IMG/VR virus record: IMGVR_UViG_3300011934_000017
Span: 62,001 to 126,000 of that record
Reading direction: 5' to 3' (one strand)
DNA length: 64,000 nt
Shown here: piece by piece, positions 52,598-62,644 of the stretch
Numbering within the stretch: the stretch's first letter is position 1
Layout: every line of letters begins with the position of its first letter
Position numbers and translations under genes: made by a program
Notes under the pieces: model-generated
What the model saw: only the letters and a program-made list of their open reading frames with translations
Database searches by the model: none
What the model was told of the DNA's origin: nothing

Positions 52598-54787
52598 TTA
52601 GCGACCCCTCTTCCACGTGCCTAGTTGTCCATCAAATGACGTTCCGGTACCGCTACCTACCGACTTTCCTCCTCCAGAACCTAGCTTAGACACGGCGAAT
52701 GCTTGAGGACGAAAGCGTTCATCTTCTTCATCGGCTTCTGGAACTGACATATACTCATAATAGCGTTCATTGGTGAGTCCCCATACAAGAAGACAAGTAG
52801 CGCGCCACAGATCGTCTGTTAGACCATCACCTTTGTTTACTTGGGTCCCTGTATCTTGTACCGTCAAAGTCTGTAGGATAAAATGCTCGACAGGCTTTCC
52901 CTTGTAGCAAAGCGGGTAATTGTCTGTGTCAATGATAGCCATAGCATCATCAACAGAAGAACCTTTAACAGAAGGGCGAGGCAACTTAATTGCGCCCGAC
53001 TCTAAAAAAGAACGAGTTAATCCTATGTCTTTGTACTTTAATGAATACTGTTCCGCAAGTATGTCAAGACCTTGTTCAATATCTTGTAGGATTTTGATGC
53101 TATTCCAACGATCAGCAAGAACGACCTGAGTGTTCTGGGCTAGGCACACTTCTTCCAAAATCTCTTCATTGATCATGGTATAGTTAAGAGGAATACCTGG
53201 CTCCGGCATAATCTCAAATAACAGGTTGATAACAATAGTGCCTTCATCATCCAGGCGCCCTACAGCACAGGCAAAGCTGTTATTGGTATAACCAGCATCA
53301 ATCGCAAGCATAGTAGGTTTACGACATTTACCTACACGATCCGCTTCAGCCCACTTAGTAGCACTGCCTTGCCTCTTTCTGTTCTTCACTATGTCCCGAA
53401 GAATGATCTTGTTCGGCTTATCTGTCAATGCGTTTTTCAACCACACCTTATTTGTGATGTAAGGATTAGCTGAAAGTGGAGGATTAGCACCGTAATCTCG
53501 CTCCGCGTCAAGAGGGTTCTTTTGATACTCTGACACGATGACTTTACTGTTACGAGGCAGTGTCGGATTCACTTCCCATGTAGGACGCAAAATGCCGTAC
53601 ATAGACTCGGAATCCATAGACTGTCGAACCAGCTCACATATCTTGTCTCGCTGACTGGACGGAGACGATACGTTCATGGAATAACCAGTCAGTATGTTAT
53701 CAAAGCCTGCTGCGATAAGCCTATCTGCGGCACCTCTCACAGTCAACAAAGAGCGATCCAATGCCGTGTAGACCTCCCGCGCACTGGTCTTTACTTTCTT
53801 ACTGTCTGCTGCGTTGTCGAACCAGCCTATTTCATCAATGCCTGCAAAGATACGTGTACGACCACGAAGAACTCGTTTGTCAGGACCTGCAGGGTAAAAC
53901 ATCAGACTACGTGGGCGATAAACAACGAAGGTATCATTGAATTTTAGAAGTTGTTGTCCATAACGTTCTTCGTAGTATTTTAAAAGGCCGTGGTACTGCT
54001 GGAACCATTTTGATTCTACCAGAGTACCGTAGTAGAACTCCCACAGTGTTTCTTTTGCTTGCGCGTATGTCAGAGCTACGAACGTACCGTGAAGCATGGT
54101 AGACCCAGCAATGCCGTATACGTCGTTAGGCTTCTGCATTTTCAGTACGCGATGGGTCAAATACGGAGTCAGCAGGCCGCCAGTAGCAGCGGACTTACCA
54201 GAACGCTGACCTGCACACACCGCAAGCTCTTGGTAGAAAGGCATCAGACCACTACGTACAAAGTCAGACTTTCGACCCTTGCACGATGGACATATACCGT
54301 GTTCTAGCAGGCATACTTTCTTTTCAAAGTGGACAAACGTATCATCCGGCTTGTGAGTCTCAAGCAAGTATGAATTATCCGAACATACAGGACACCACTC
54401 ACCAAAGACCACTATACCCCAGACAAGCTGCTCCAGAAAAGGTGTCATAACCGTTCCTGCAAACTCGTCTTTCATTACCCATTCATAAAAGTTTTTAGCT
54501 AACGGCATATCCCCGTCATCAATTTTGATATCTTTAGGTACGAGGTTGTTTTCATCTAGCACACCTCGCACCATGGAAGCGATATCAACTTCCTTCATCA
54601 TCATATCTTCACTGAAGTTCGCTATGCCGCGTCTTGCTTTACCGCTTCCCAGGGATTCTGGATCAAACTCTTCCATATTTCCGCTTTTTGCTTCTTTTAG
54701 CTGACGCAGAAAATCAAACGGATCTTCACCAGGATCGGGAAGTCTTTCGTAGTTCAGCGTTTTTGGTTCTCGATTTTTTATCTTCAT
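52598..54787 (-). CDS. Terminase large subunit (start adjusted to MKIKNRE at 54787)
   Basis: GQRSGKS Walker A, FAGIDEIG Walker B, LAIDAG nuclease motif, C-terminal DDL; CxxC...CxxC insert. Confidence 0.85.
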   Translation of the reverse strand: MKIKNREPKTLNYERLPDPGEDPFDFLRQLKEAKSGNMEEFDPESLGSGKARRGIANFSEDMMMKEVDIASMVRGVLDENNLVPKDIKIDDGDMPLAKNFYEWVMKDEFAGTVMTPFLEQLVWGIVVFGEWCPVCSDNSYLLETHKPDDTFVHFEKKVCLLEHGICPSCKGRKSDFVRSGLMPFYQELAVCAGQRSGKSAATGGLLTPYLTHRVLKMQKPNDVYGIAGSTMLHGTFVALTYAQAKETLWEFYYGTLVESKWFQQYHGLLKYYEERYGQQLLKFNDTFVVYRPRSLMFYPAGPDKRVLRGRTRIFAGIDEIGWFDNAADSKKVKTSAREVYTALDRSLLTVRGAADRLIAAGFDNILTGYSMNVSSPSSQRDKICELVRQSMDSESMYGILRPTWEVNPTLPRNSKVIVSEYQKNPLDAERDYGANPPLSANPYITNKVWLKNALTDKPNKIILRDIVKNRKRQGSATKWAEADRVGKCRKPTMLAIDAGYTNNSFACAVGRLDDEGTIVINLLFEIMPEPGIPLNYTMINEEILEEVCLAQNTQVVLADRWNSIKILQDIEQGLDILAEQYSLKYKDIGLTRSFLESGAIKLPRPSVKGSSVDDAMAIIDTDNYPLCYKGKPVEHFILQTLTVQDTGTQVNKGDGLTDDLWRATCLLVWGLTNERYYEYMSVPEADEEDERFRPQAFAVSKLGSGGGKSVGSGTGTSFDGQLGTWKRGR

Positions 54788-54802
54788 TTTTGCCACCAAA
54801 CG

Positions 54803-54825
54803 AAAAACCCGACACAAGGCCGGGT
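54803..54825 (-). terminator. Probable terminator hairpin immediately before the terminase gene
   Basis: Minus strand ACCCGGC-CTTGT-GTCGGGT-TTTT. Confidence 0.6.
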
Positions 54826-54833
54826 AAGAATTT

Positions 54834-55766
54834 CTATTCAAAACGAACGCCAGCATTCTGAGCTTCATTAAATGCGTGTTGGTCGTTCACGGCGCTGCCT
54901 TTAGGTGAGTTACCGTCGGATCGGTGCTTAACGACACCGAGTTGTGAAGCAATTTCTCCGGCAGCACTGTCGGGAGAGTTCTTCATGCGAGCCTGAAGAT
55001 TTTTTAGAACGGCATTGTATTTTTCGGATGTTATGGTCTTCTGAATTGAGGTATGTGTATCTTCTGCAATCTTCTCAGTCAACACCCGAAGGTACCGATC
55101 TTTAATCTTCTGGGGCAGTGACATTTGATCCATGTATGCGGATATCATGTTGAGCCGCATCATGTGGCTTATTGCTTCTGAAACCGAACTATCTATCTCA
55201 ACTGATATTCCAAGACCGTCTTTAAGGACAGCTTCGGCAAAAGAGGAAGCATCATCGTAGGATATCAAAAGAGCGGCGCCTTCTTCCAGCAATCTCTTCT
55301 GTATCTCTTTTGTGGCTGCTTCTGCTTTTGCTTCCACCTTGTCTATATCTTCTTTCTCATACGTGACTAGATTATCTATAGGAATTCGGGATTCTGCGTC
55401 ACGCTCTGGCGAATAATCTTCATCATCAACAATGTCAGGATTGATACCAAATACAGGATGACGCTTGGGTACTTCTCGATCAGGAATCTCAGTGTACGTA
55501 TGATAGTCCCACTCTTTCTTCGAAGGAACAGCAAAAGGAAGCGGATTCTTATTTGATTTTCCTGTAAGCTCGTTTATTTTCTGAGAAAACTTTCGCAACT
55601 CTTTTTTGCTTTTAGCTCGCTTGAACGGTCTGTGGCGAACAGGACGACTAGCAGTAGGCAGAAAGTCTTCAGAAGAGGAAGTAGTGTTACCGAAGATATA
55701 GTCGGGACCTATTGGTTCGCCATCTTCAATATCTTCAAGAGAGTGCATAATCGTCGTCCTCTTCAT
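54834..55766 (-). CDS. Hypothetical protein upstream of terminase
   Basis: 310 aa; position fits a packaging accessory role but no motif recognised. Confidence 0.5.
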   Translation of the reverse strand: MKRTTIMHSLEDIEDGEPIGPDYIFGNTTSSSEDFLPTASRPVRHRPFKRAKSKKELRKFSQKINELTGKSNKNPLPFAVPSKKEWDYHTYTEIPDREVPKRHPVFGINPDIVDDEDYSPERDAESRIPIDNLVTYEKEDIDKVEAKAEAATKEIQKRLLEEGAALLISYDDASSFAEAVLKDGLGISVEIDSSVSEAISHMMRLNMISAYMDQMSLPQKIKDRYLRVLTEKIAEDTHTSIQKTITSEKYNAVLKNLQARMKNSPDSAAGEIASQLGVVKHRSDGNSPKGSAVNDQHAFNEAQNAGVRFE

Positions 55767-57105
55767 CGCCAGACTGTTCAGAATTTTCGCTCAGGTCAAT
55801 TTCTTCTTCATCAGTGTCGTCGTTGCCGTAGCCTGAGTCACCTTCAATATTCTCAGCAGTCATAATATCGAAGCGCTCTCCCAGCTCAAAGGTAAACAAT
55901 TCACCATCACGCGCTTTATCAACACCTACAGGAATAATACGAAGTTCGCGCTGTTCTTTCTTGGTGTAGTTCCATGCCCACATAACGTCGGCGTGTTCTT
56001 TCATGCCGCGAGAGTAACGAATGCGATCAGTATCGGCATCAAGCTGCGCAAGTACAATGACCAAACATTTATTCTCACGACTGAATACCTTACAGTCACG
56101 CACGATGGAACTCAACACACGCCATTGGTTTTCATCATCAACACCTTCAAGCAGGGATACATAGTCAATACCTACAACGTCAAAACCGAATGGCTTGACC
56201 ATACGTAAAGCATCATCTATACGAACACCGCGAGTAGGACTGATAGAGGTGAATACACAATCGTTGTCTTCGCCGAACTGCTTAAATTTGTTGTAAGCTT
56301 GGTTGATTCTCTGCTTTTCTTTTGGACTCAGCTTGTTTTGCTTGATCTTCCAGAAAGGTACAGAAGAAAGACGCGATAACAAACGTTGCATTTCCTGTCT
56401 GTCGCCCATCTCCAAAGAAATACGACACACACGCTTCTTGGACAACATGTACAGGTTAACAAGCAGGTTCATCAGTATGGCAGACTTACCACCAGAAGTG
56501 GTAGCTGCCATTATCATGACACCTTCTTCAGGCAGACCGCCATTCTTTTCATCGTACTTGGTGAAGCCTGTCTTCATCATCTGCTCAACAACGGAGTTAA
56601 GCACATCGTTTACTATATCATCGGCGTTGTTGTTTTTACCGATAACAACAAACTGATCTTCTTCGTTTATGTTACGTCTGGCACGTGTAAGCTTTTCGCC
56701 TATGGTGTCCAAAAGATTATCAACGTCTAAAGCATCACCTTCGATGTTCTCTAGCGCTGTATTCGCCACATCGTAAACAATCCGAATCTTTCTATACGAA
56801 TCCAGACTGTCTAACATTCGCTCTATGGCTTTCTTATTCTTGCACGACTTTACATCGGTATCGCGCAATATGTCACGGAAGTCTTCTTCTAGTGCAGGGT
56901 CTTCCAGTAAGTCTGAAAAATCCATAAGCTCGAATCTTTTTCGAGCAAGTACGTCGATACGGTTAAAAGCGGCTGCGCATGGAGGATAATGAAAAAATTC
57001 TTTACTCAACTTGCCTAGTAACGTACTTCGAATATTTTCGGGTACCTTCGAGTTAGTCAACGTCACTATGCAGCGCACCTCCATATCTTGGGAATAAAGC
57101 TGCAT
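55735..57105 (-). CDS. dnaB: DnaB-like replicative helicase
   Basis: AATTSGGKS Walker A, ISLEM, GIDY, LAQL, KAR.GE motifs. Confidence 0.88.
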   Translation of the reverse strand: MQLYSQDMEVRCIVTLTNSKVPENIRSTLLGKLSKEFFHYPPCAAAFNRIDVLARKRFELMDFSDLLEDPALEEDFRDILRDTDVKSCKNKKAIERMLDSLDSYRKIRIVYDVANTALENIEGDALDVDNLLDTIGEKLTRARRNINEEDQFVVIGKNNNADDIVNDVLNSVVEQMMKTGFTKYDEKNGGLPEEGVMIMAATTSGGKSAILMNLLVNLYMLSKKRVCRISLEMGDRQEMQRLLSRLSSVPFWKIKQNKLSPKEKQRINQAYNKFKQFGEDNDCVFTSISPTRGVRIDDALRMVKPFGFDVVGIDYVSLLEGVDDENQWRVLSSIVRDCKVFSRENKCLVIVLAQLDADTDRIRYSRGMKEHADVMWAWNYTKKEQRELRIIPVGVDKARDGELFTFELGERFDIMTAENIEGDSGYGNDDTDEEEIDLSENSEQSGDEEDDDYALS

Positions 57106-57120
57106 TACAATTCTCCAAAA

Positions 57121-57522
57121 TCAGGCGCTGGAAATATTCTTATACTCTGGAAATGTCTCTAGTAACTGATCAATCCAGTGCGATATAACGTGTTGATTAT
57201 CCTTTCGAAGGCGTAAATGGATAATCTTCTTTCGCTTGTTCTCACCTTTCTTGACTGCCATATTGAACTTAGAAACGGCATAGAAAAGTCTAGGATTACA
57301 TAGGGCCTGAAGAGCAATATCAATATCTTCGCTACTCATAGCTAATTCAGTCTTCAGGATCCATTTAAGTTTATTTACAGTAATACCTTCAGAAGCCTTG
57401 ATCTTGGAGTAAACAGTAAGCAGCAAGAGACGCTTAAACTCGGTAGGTCTTTCCATAGGAAACAAACTGAAGTAAAGGGTCTCCGCGATCTGTGCTTGGC
57501 GCTCGGTATCTTCGGTGTACAT
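57121..57522 (-). CDS. Hypothetical, possible winged-helix protein
   Basis: 133 aa; IKASEGITVNKL..IL...DI..AL..L helix pattern. Confidence 0.45.
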   Translation of the reverse strand: MYTEDTERQAQIAETLYFSLFPMERPTEFKRLLLLTVYSKIKASEGITVNKLKWILKTELAMSSEDIDIALQALCNPRLFYAVSKFNMAVKKGENKRKKIIHLRLRKDNQHVISHWIDQLLETFPEYKNISSA

Positions 57523-57523
57523 A

Positions 57524-58666
57524 TTAACTCTCCGCTGAAAAGTCAGGATACGCCTTGTTAGCTAAATGCTGCAAAAAGCGTTTCGCTTTCCAACTACGAA
57601 TATTCAGGTGACGACATACAGCCTCAAGATACGTTTCCGAATCAACCTCGTCGCTGTAGTCTACGTTGTCTTGGTCATGGTTTATTCTTTTAGTGTCAGC
57701 CAAATACTTAGAAAAACATTTACTTTCTTGTCCTGCCATAAGACGAATAAAGGCTCTACGTTTTCGAGTAATTCCAAACTTCTTTATGACAGACTGTAGG
57801 TTCAAGCTATCTTCAGCACTTTTGGTGCTGTCTTGAATTTGATTGGCGCCTAACATAGAGTCGTAAGTAGGGTGCTCAATGCCGAAGGTCTTGAATAACT
57901 GATTCTCCGACATAACAGGTATTTCATACTTGTAACCACCGAAGCCGTCTGCTGCGCCTTGAACCATGCGCTTTCTTTTCTGAGACGTATACGACTTGAT
58001 CATATTGGTCGTGTGGTTACTTACGGAAGTCCGTATGTAGTTCGTTATGTAAAGCTCCGACTTATCTGTGGGAATCATCTTCACATAGGTCTGCAAGGCT
58101 TTACACATGAGTTCCATCTGAAGATCATAGAACTCCATATTGGAACTCACGGATATGAAACGTAGTTTGGTGTATACCCTGCGCTTGATGTGTTGCATGA
58201 TAGCGGGGTATATTTTGTTGAATAAATTGAACACTTCTTGAAAGGCTTTTATGGAAACTTGGTTTCTCTCTATAGAACGGAGCCTTTCTGATTTTTGCAT
58301 TTCCGCACGGAAGCCTCTCTGCTTCAGTACCTTATTGATCAGCACAACATCATTGCGCCTCAGATTGAAATCTTCAACACCTTTCTTCAGCCGAGTTTCG
58401 TTTATACCATGCTTCAATAGGTGTAAGCAAAAGAATTTTAAGTTCAGTTGAAGGTATGACATATCAGAAATATAAAGTCGAAATTTCTGAGGGCTGAAAG
58501 GACTTTTGGTGAAGTCAAAAGCCTCTTTCAAGCTTTTCTGACAGTCGTAGGCACCGTCAACACCTACGAGGTGTCGAATAATGGAAGTAGCAGTACATAA
58601 GAACTCCGGAGAGTCCTTATCTACGCCAAGATCAATCAGTATTTCAAATAAGGAAGGTGATTGCAT
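57524..58666 (-). CDS. Possible phage sigma-factor-like protein
   Basis: YDLQMELMCKALQTY.K........ITNYIRTSVSNH..NMIK resembles sigma70 region 2 (DL.QE....L......F.TY....IRN). Confidence 0.4.
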   Translation of the reverse strand: MQSPSLFEILIDLGVDKDSPEFLCTATSIIRHLVGVDGAYDCQKSLKEAFDFTKSPFSPQKFRLYISDMSYLQLNLKFFCLHLLKHGINETRLKKGVEDFNLRRNDVVLINKVLKQRGFRAEMQKSERLRSIERNQVSIKAFQEVFNLFNKIYPAIMQHIKRRVYTKLRFISVSSNMEFYDLQMELMCKALQTYVKMIPTDKSELYITNYIRTSVSNHTTNMIKSYTSQKRKRMVQGAADGFGGYKYEIPVMSENQLFKTFGIEHPTYDSMLGANQIQDSTKSAEDSLNLQSVIKKFGITRKRRAFIRLMAGQESKCFSKYLADTKRINHDQDNVDYSDEVDSETYLEAVCRHLNIRSWKAKRFLQHLANKAYPDFSAES

Positions 58667-58701
58667 TACGACCTCGCAAGTAAAGAATTGAAGTGTAGCG
58701 T

Positions 58702-59526
58702 TTAGGAAACATCGAAGTGCTTAATGCCTCCTTTCTTCTCACCTTTAACTTGCTTTTTGGTCGTGCTCTTTCCTTTCTTAGGTCTTTCGGGCTTGACGGA
58801 ATAACCGCTTTCGATAGCGTTAACAATACTGACAAGATCATTTGACTTGGACTTCTTGACGCCATTTGTCTTGAATACCTTGTCAATCGTAGGTATCTCA
58901 CCGATATCAATCTTTTCAGATAGACCCAGTTCGTATTCTTCCAAAGTACGTAAATGCTTTGCTACATGTTTCTGGACATTAGGATCGGCGTAACGCTTTT
59001 TCTTCAGCATCTTCAGACGAATAGGCTCAAAGGCTTCATCATCATAGATAGCTTCTTGCGCACGACCTGAGAAGGTCATTGTGAGTTTACCATCACGACT
59101 ACAAATACGGATAACATCTTTGTCGGCATACATTATGTATGCCGTCATGAAATTGGATAAATAATCTGCGCGAGCCTGCCCCCTGTAACGTACATAAACT
59201 TTTTGCCCCATGTTAAAGCCTTCGGCACGGGTTTGCTTTTCGCGCATAAGCAAAGCACCAAGCTTCCGGAGTTGCGCATCGTCTACAGCATTCACAATGC
59301 GAGACAAGGCGATAAAGGTCTCTTCGTCTTCCACTAGCGAAGAGAGGGAATTTGTGTCTGGAACAAACTGACGGCATGGCTTTTGTGTTTCCATGATACC
59401 GCGCTCACAGCACAACTTTTTATCGCGTACAATTTCACATTCGAAGCCAACACAATCACCACAAGTCAGGCGTTGTTCTTTTAATGACTCGATGACCTTC
59501 GCTTCGATGTTTTTCTGCATTCCCAT
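58702..59526 (-). CDS. Hypothetical protein with N-terminal Cys cluster
   Basis: CGDC..F...LCC......PC..F; basic tail. Confidence 0.55.
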   Translation of the reverse strand: MGMQKNIEAKVIESLKEQRLTCGDCVGFECEIVRDKKLCCERGIMETQKPCRQFVPDTNSLSSLVEDEETFIALSRIVNAVDDAQLRKLGALLMREKQTRAEGFNMGQKVYVRYRGQARADYLSNFMTAYIMYADKDVIRICSRDGKLTMTFSGRAQEAIYDDEAFEPIRLKMLKKKRYADPNVQKHVAKHLRTLEEYELGLSEKIDIGEIPTIDKVFKTNGVKKSKSNDLVSIVNAIESGYSVKPERPKKGKSTTKKQVKGEKKGGIKHFDVS

Positions 59527-59965
59527 TTGTAAAACCCTTATGTTTGAGCGTTTCCGCTATACAATACAATACGGCGCCTTGCAGTGTAGTTACTCCATCC
59601 AAATCTTGCTTGAGCAAGTGAAGAGAGCTATGTACAGATGCAGGAACCTCCAACTGTAGTTTGTACCCTTTATCCTGTGGAAGAACGGGAGGATCAAGGA
59701 TAGCATCGACTAGAATGCCTAAATACTTTTGAGCATTTTCAGCCATTCTAGTGGTACGCCAATAGTGGCGCGTTATGGGTTTACCGCTACGAATCTTTGC
59801 TACAATGGCTTCTCCGTGAGCGTGGAGAACATTGTGACAGTCAGAGCATAAAGGAATTTGCAGACTGTCTTTTCCACCAAGCGCTTGTGGAACTGTATGA
59901 TGCCAGTGTAACAGAGAAAACATATTTTCGCAAATAGAGCATTTACCACTCTTGTATTTATCCAT
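59456..59965 (-). CDS. HNH endonuclease
   Basis: CSIC...HHTVPQALGG......LCSDCHNVLH. Confidence 0.8.
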   Translation of the reverse strand: MDKYKSGKCSICENMFSLLHWHHTVPQALGGKDSLQIPLCSDCHNVLHAHGEAIVAKIRSGKPITRHYWRTTRMAENAQKYLGILVDAILDPPVLPQDKGYKLQLEVPASVHSSLHLLKQDLDGVTTLQGAVLYCIAETLKHKGFTNGNAEKHRSEGHRVIKRTTPDLW

Positions 59966-59973
59966 GCGAACCT

Positions 59974-61050
59974 CTACAAGGTAGCGTTAGCTTCACGCGA
60001 CCAAGGCAAGCCCCAGGATAAATTCGCCATGTTAGCATTGCGTTCAAACATCGAATAGATACGACGAGGCATAATCCAAGCTAATGCGATATTGCCGTTA
60101 GAAGGGTTGCCTTGGAACTTAGAAGATACCAAAACATAATCTTCGTCCGATACCTCGTTGATCTGTTCAATCACGTCCAACACAAACTCTTCTTGCATAG
60201 TCTTATGTTTGGTGGAACGTTGACGTGCTTTCAGACCTTTGACATTGAGAGCCGCTTTACCTGACTTGCGACCCTTGTACTCTGTCGCTTTTATAGCGTC
60301 GAAAGCCAACAGGTATTGATCTTTTAGTACGACGAATGAAGACTCATCCACAATTTCGTACTTCAGACCGGTACGTCTTAAAAACTTAGGAGTTAATACA
60401 TGGAAATTGGATGTTACGAAAGGAACTACGGGCATTTGAATCATCTTGAACATCTTGCCGCGTAGAGAGGAAGGTAACTTGGATTTATGCTTCATGAGGC
60501 TGTTAACTTTCATCTTAGCCTCTTTGCTGACACCTTCAACGTTTCTGTTTGGTGTAGCTTCTTTTTCAGACTCTTTGCCAGCATTCTTTAAAATGCGTAA
60601 TGCATCTTTGTGACCTTGAGTCTGTGAAACATGCTTGATCTGCTCTTTAAGTTCTTCCGTTGAAACACCAGAAGGAAAATATTCTTGAGCAATCTTTACC
60701 AAGTTATTCTTAACAGGAAGGAGGTATGTTTTAACAGCGTCTCTGAATTTGGTTAAATTCATTTCACCGTTCTGAACTCCGGTACTAATAGAGTCCAATA
60801 CCTTTTGTGCTTCTTGCATAGGCTTTTTAACCGGGGATAGGGCGCCTACTGAGCCTGCTGAAGCGGGGGATGAAGAACGTCTCTTCAATTCGGATAGGAA
60901 TGTCTTTAAGGATGCTTCTAAGCCATCCACTTCTTCAAGTATAACAGAACGTTTTCGGAGTTCGTTCTTTGCAACTGCCGAAACAAAGCCTGAAACGGCG
61001 TTAACTTGTTCGACCAGCTTGTCGAATAGGTACTTCTCAACTTCTTTCAT
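59974..61050 (-). CDS. Hypothetical protein (start adjusted to MKEVEK at 61050)
   Basis: AGGTG RBS before 61050; helical N-half, basic C-half. Confidence 0.55.
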   Translation of the reverse strand: MKEVEKYLFDKLVEQVNAVSGFVSAVAKNELRKRSVILEEVDGLEASLKTFLSELKRRSSSPASAGSVGALSPVKKPMQEAQKVLDSISTGVQNGEMNLTKFRDAVKTYLLPVKNNLVKIAQEYFPSGVSTEELKEQIKHVSQTQGHKDALRILKNAGKESEKEATPNRNVEGVSKEAKMKVNSLMKHKSKLPSSLRGKMFKMIQMPVVPFVTSNFHVLTPKFLRRTGLKYEIVDESSFVVLKDQYLLAFDAIKATEYKGRKSGKAALNVKGLKARQRSTKHKTMQEEFVLDVIEQINEVSDEDYVLVSSKFQGNPSNGNIALAWIMPRRIYSMFERNANMANLSWGLPWSREANATL

Positions 61051-61179
61051 TGTCGCACCTGTTGATTGATACGTCCGAACATGGACGTATGATAGACACT
61101 TAATCAAATTAGTAAAGCGAAAATCGATTAAGAAGTGTCGAGCGCATTATACGCTAGGATGAAAAATTCACCACTTAGA

Positions 61180-61656
61180 CTACCAGTTATTTTCGCAGTA
61201 TCGAATAAACATTCTCTCCAACATACGTAAGGCGAGGTCATCAATCTTTTCTGACGACTCTATGATTCTGAATACAGGTTCACCTACTTCAGTTATAGCA
61301 TCAGGATCCAAAGAAGGTGGAATATAAAGAACAACAACACGACCTACAAAGCTGCCTTTGTGGCGTACATCAAAAAGGCATGTATTCTCTTCTAGCAACA
61401 CAATACCATGCTCGTGCGAGGTCCTGTGAACAAAGTTAGTGAAGCCTGTTACAAACTCTTTGATCACGGTGTGGTCGCAAGGCACGTCTTCAATGTCCAA
61501 CACAAACATTTCAGGAACATGAAGCGTGTTCTCAGGATCGGAAGAGCCTAAGCGTAACACTTCACCAGAAAGGACAGCCGTGTAGGGACTGGTGTAGAAC
61601 TTGCTGTAATAGGTGCCGTACTTTTGATCTTTGAGTAGATAGATGCGATCAGACAT
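61180..61656 (-). CDS. Hypothetical protein
   Basis: 158 aa; AGGAG RBS and TGTAAATA box upstream. Confidence 0.55.
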   Translation of the reverse strand: MSDRIYLLKDQKYGTYYSKFYTSPYTAVLSGEVLRLGSSDPENTLHVPEMFVLDIEDVPCDHTVIKEFVTGFTNFVHRTSHEHGIVLLEENTCLFDVRHKGSFVGRVVVLYIPPSLDPDAITEVGEPVFRIIESSEKIDDLALRMLERMFIRYCENNW

Positions 61657-61681
61657 AAAAATCTCCTATTTATCCCAATAG

Positions 61682-61689
61682 TATTTACA
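61682..61689 (-). promoter_or_regulatory. TGTAAATA box
   Basis: Intergenic, 25 nt upstream of the 61656 start. Confidence 0.45.
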
Positions 61690-62487
61690 CTATTTAAGTT
61701 TTCGATATTCTTTGATGGAGCGAATATTTTCTGTGAACCAGACACCTTTCGAATCGGCTTTGGTGAACAGAACAAAGTCTTCCAAAGTCACGTCATCGTA
61801 CACGTACTGGCTGTCATTGTGGAACGTTACAAGCAACTTTTCTTTTTCGATATTGTAAGCCACTCGCTTTATCGTAGAAGAGTGTACTTCCATTTTCCAT
61901 ACAGGCTTGTGCTTTCTTTTCTCTTTCATGGGCAACCTCTTTAAAGGTAGATGAATGGTACGGGACTTCTCTGCGTTGATGCGTCGCTGTCGTAACGTAT
62001 CGGGCAATACTGTATTATCAGGCCACCAATCAGGAGGTGGTCGCCTCGTCCACTTGGCAAACGTCTTATCACACAGGTAAAACACATGATATGCTTGAAC
62101 GGCATCATCGCATTTATAGGCTTCAGGCATTGCTTGTGCGAAGTCAGTAAGGCCAATATCAGAAAGATTCTTTGGAGGATTCTCTAAGGCTTCTCTACGT
62201 TCAAGGTACGTGTTGTGAACTTTGCCGTATCGATACTCGTACTCTGCACAAAGCTCCTCAAACAACTCAAACAACCAAATATAGTTAGACCGTGAAGCAT
62301 ACGACCAGAGAGAACAAGGATGCTTTGGATTAAACGACTTGCAAAGGCCATCATGCGTAGCGTTATCTAACAGCAGATGACCTTCGCTCAACATCTGTGC
62401 CGTCTCAATAGGCATCTTGATGATATGTTGGTCGCATTGCATTCGTGCGGCTACTTTAGGATTTCGATCCAGCACGAAGATGTTCAC
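61690..62487 (-). CDS. Pyrimidine-dimer DNA glycosylase-family protein fused to a C-terminal KTSC domain (GTG start at 62487)
   Basis: NIFVLD.NP..AA...CDQH..KM..E.AQMLS...HPC..W...S..NY.WL...EY..RYGK.H...AQAMP; then SSTIKRVAYN....L.VTF.N...Y.Y..V...S.G..F. Confidence 0.8.
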   Translation of the reverse strand: MNIFVLDRNPKVAARMQCDQHIIKMPIETAQMLSEGHLLLDNATHDGLCKSFNPKHPCSLWSYASRSNYIWLFELFEELCAEYEYRYGKVHNTYLERREALENPPKNLSDIGLTDFAQAMPEAYKCDDAVQAYHVFYLCDKTFAKWTRRPPPDWWPDNTVLPDTLRQRRINAEKSRTIHLPLKRLPMKEKRKHKPVWKMEVHSSTIKRVAYNIEKEKLLVTFHNDSQYVYDDVTLEDFVLFTKADSKGVWFTENIRSIKEYRKLK

Positions 62488-62644
62488 GATGCGTTCCTCT
62501 AAAGAATCTTGAGTCAGGCTTCTTAGGTGTTTCAACTAAAGCGTTAAGCTGTGCACCTAAGTCTTTGGACTGTTTCTGACCTGCCAGAAGTTCTTTGAGA
62601 AAATCGTCGTCGCTCATTGTCATAATGCGCTTGTTATTCGTCAT
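62456..62644 (-). CDS. Small hypothetical protein
   Basis: 62 aa; fills the gap between mgtC and the glycosylase. Confidence 0.4.
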   Translation of the reverse strand: MTNNKRIMTMSDDDFLKELLAGQKQSKDLGAQLNALVETPKKPDSRFFRGTHREHLRAGSKS

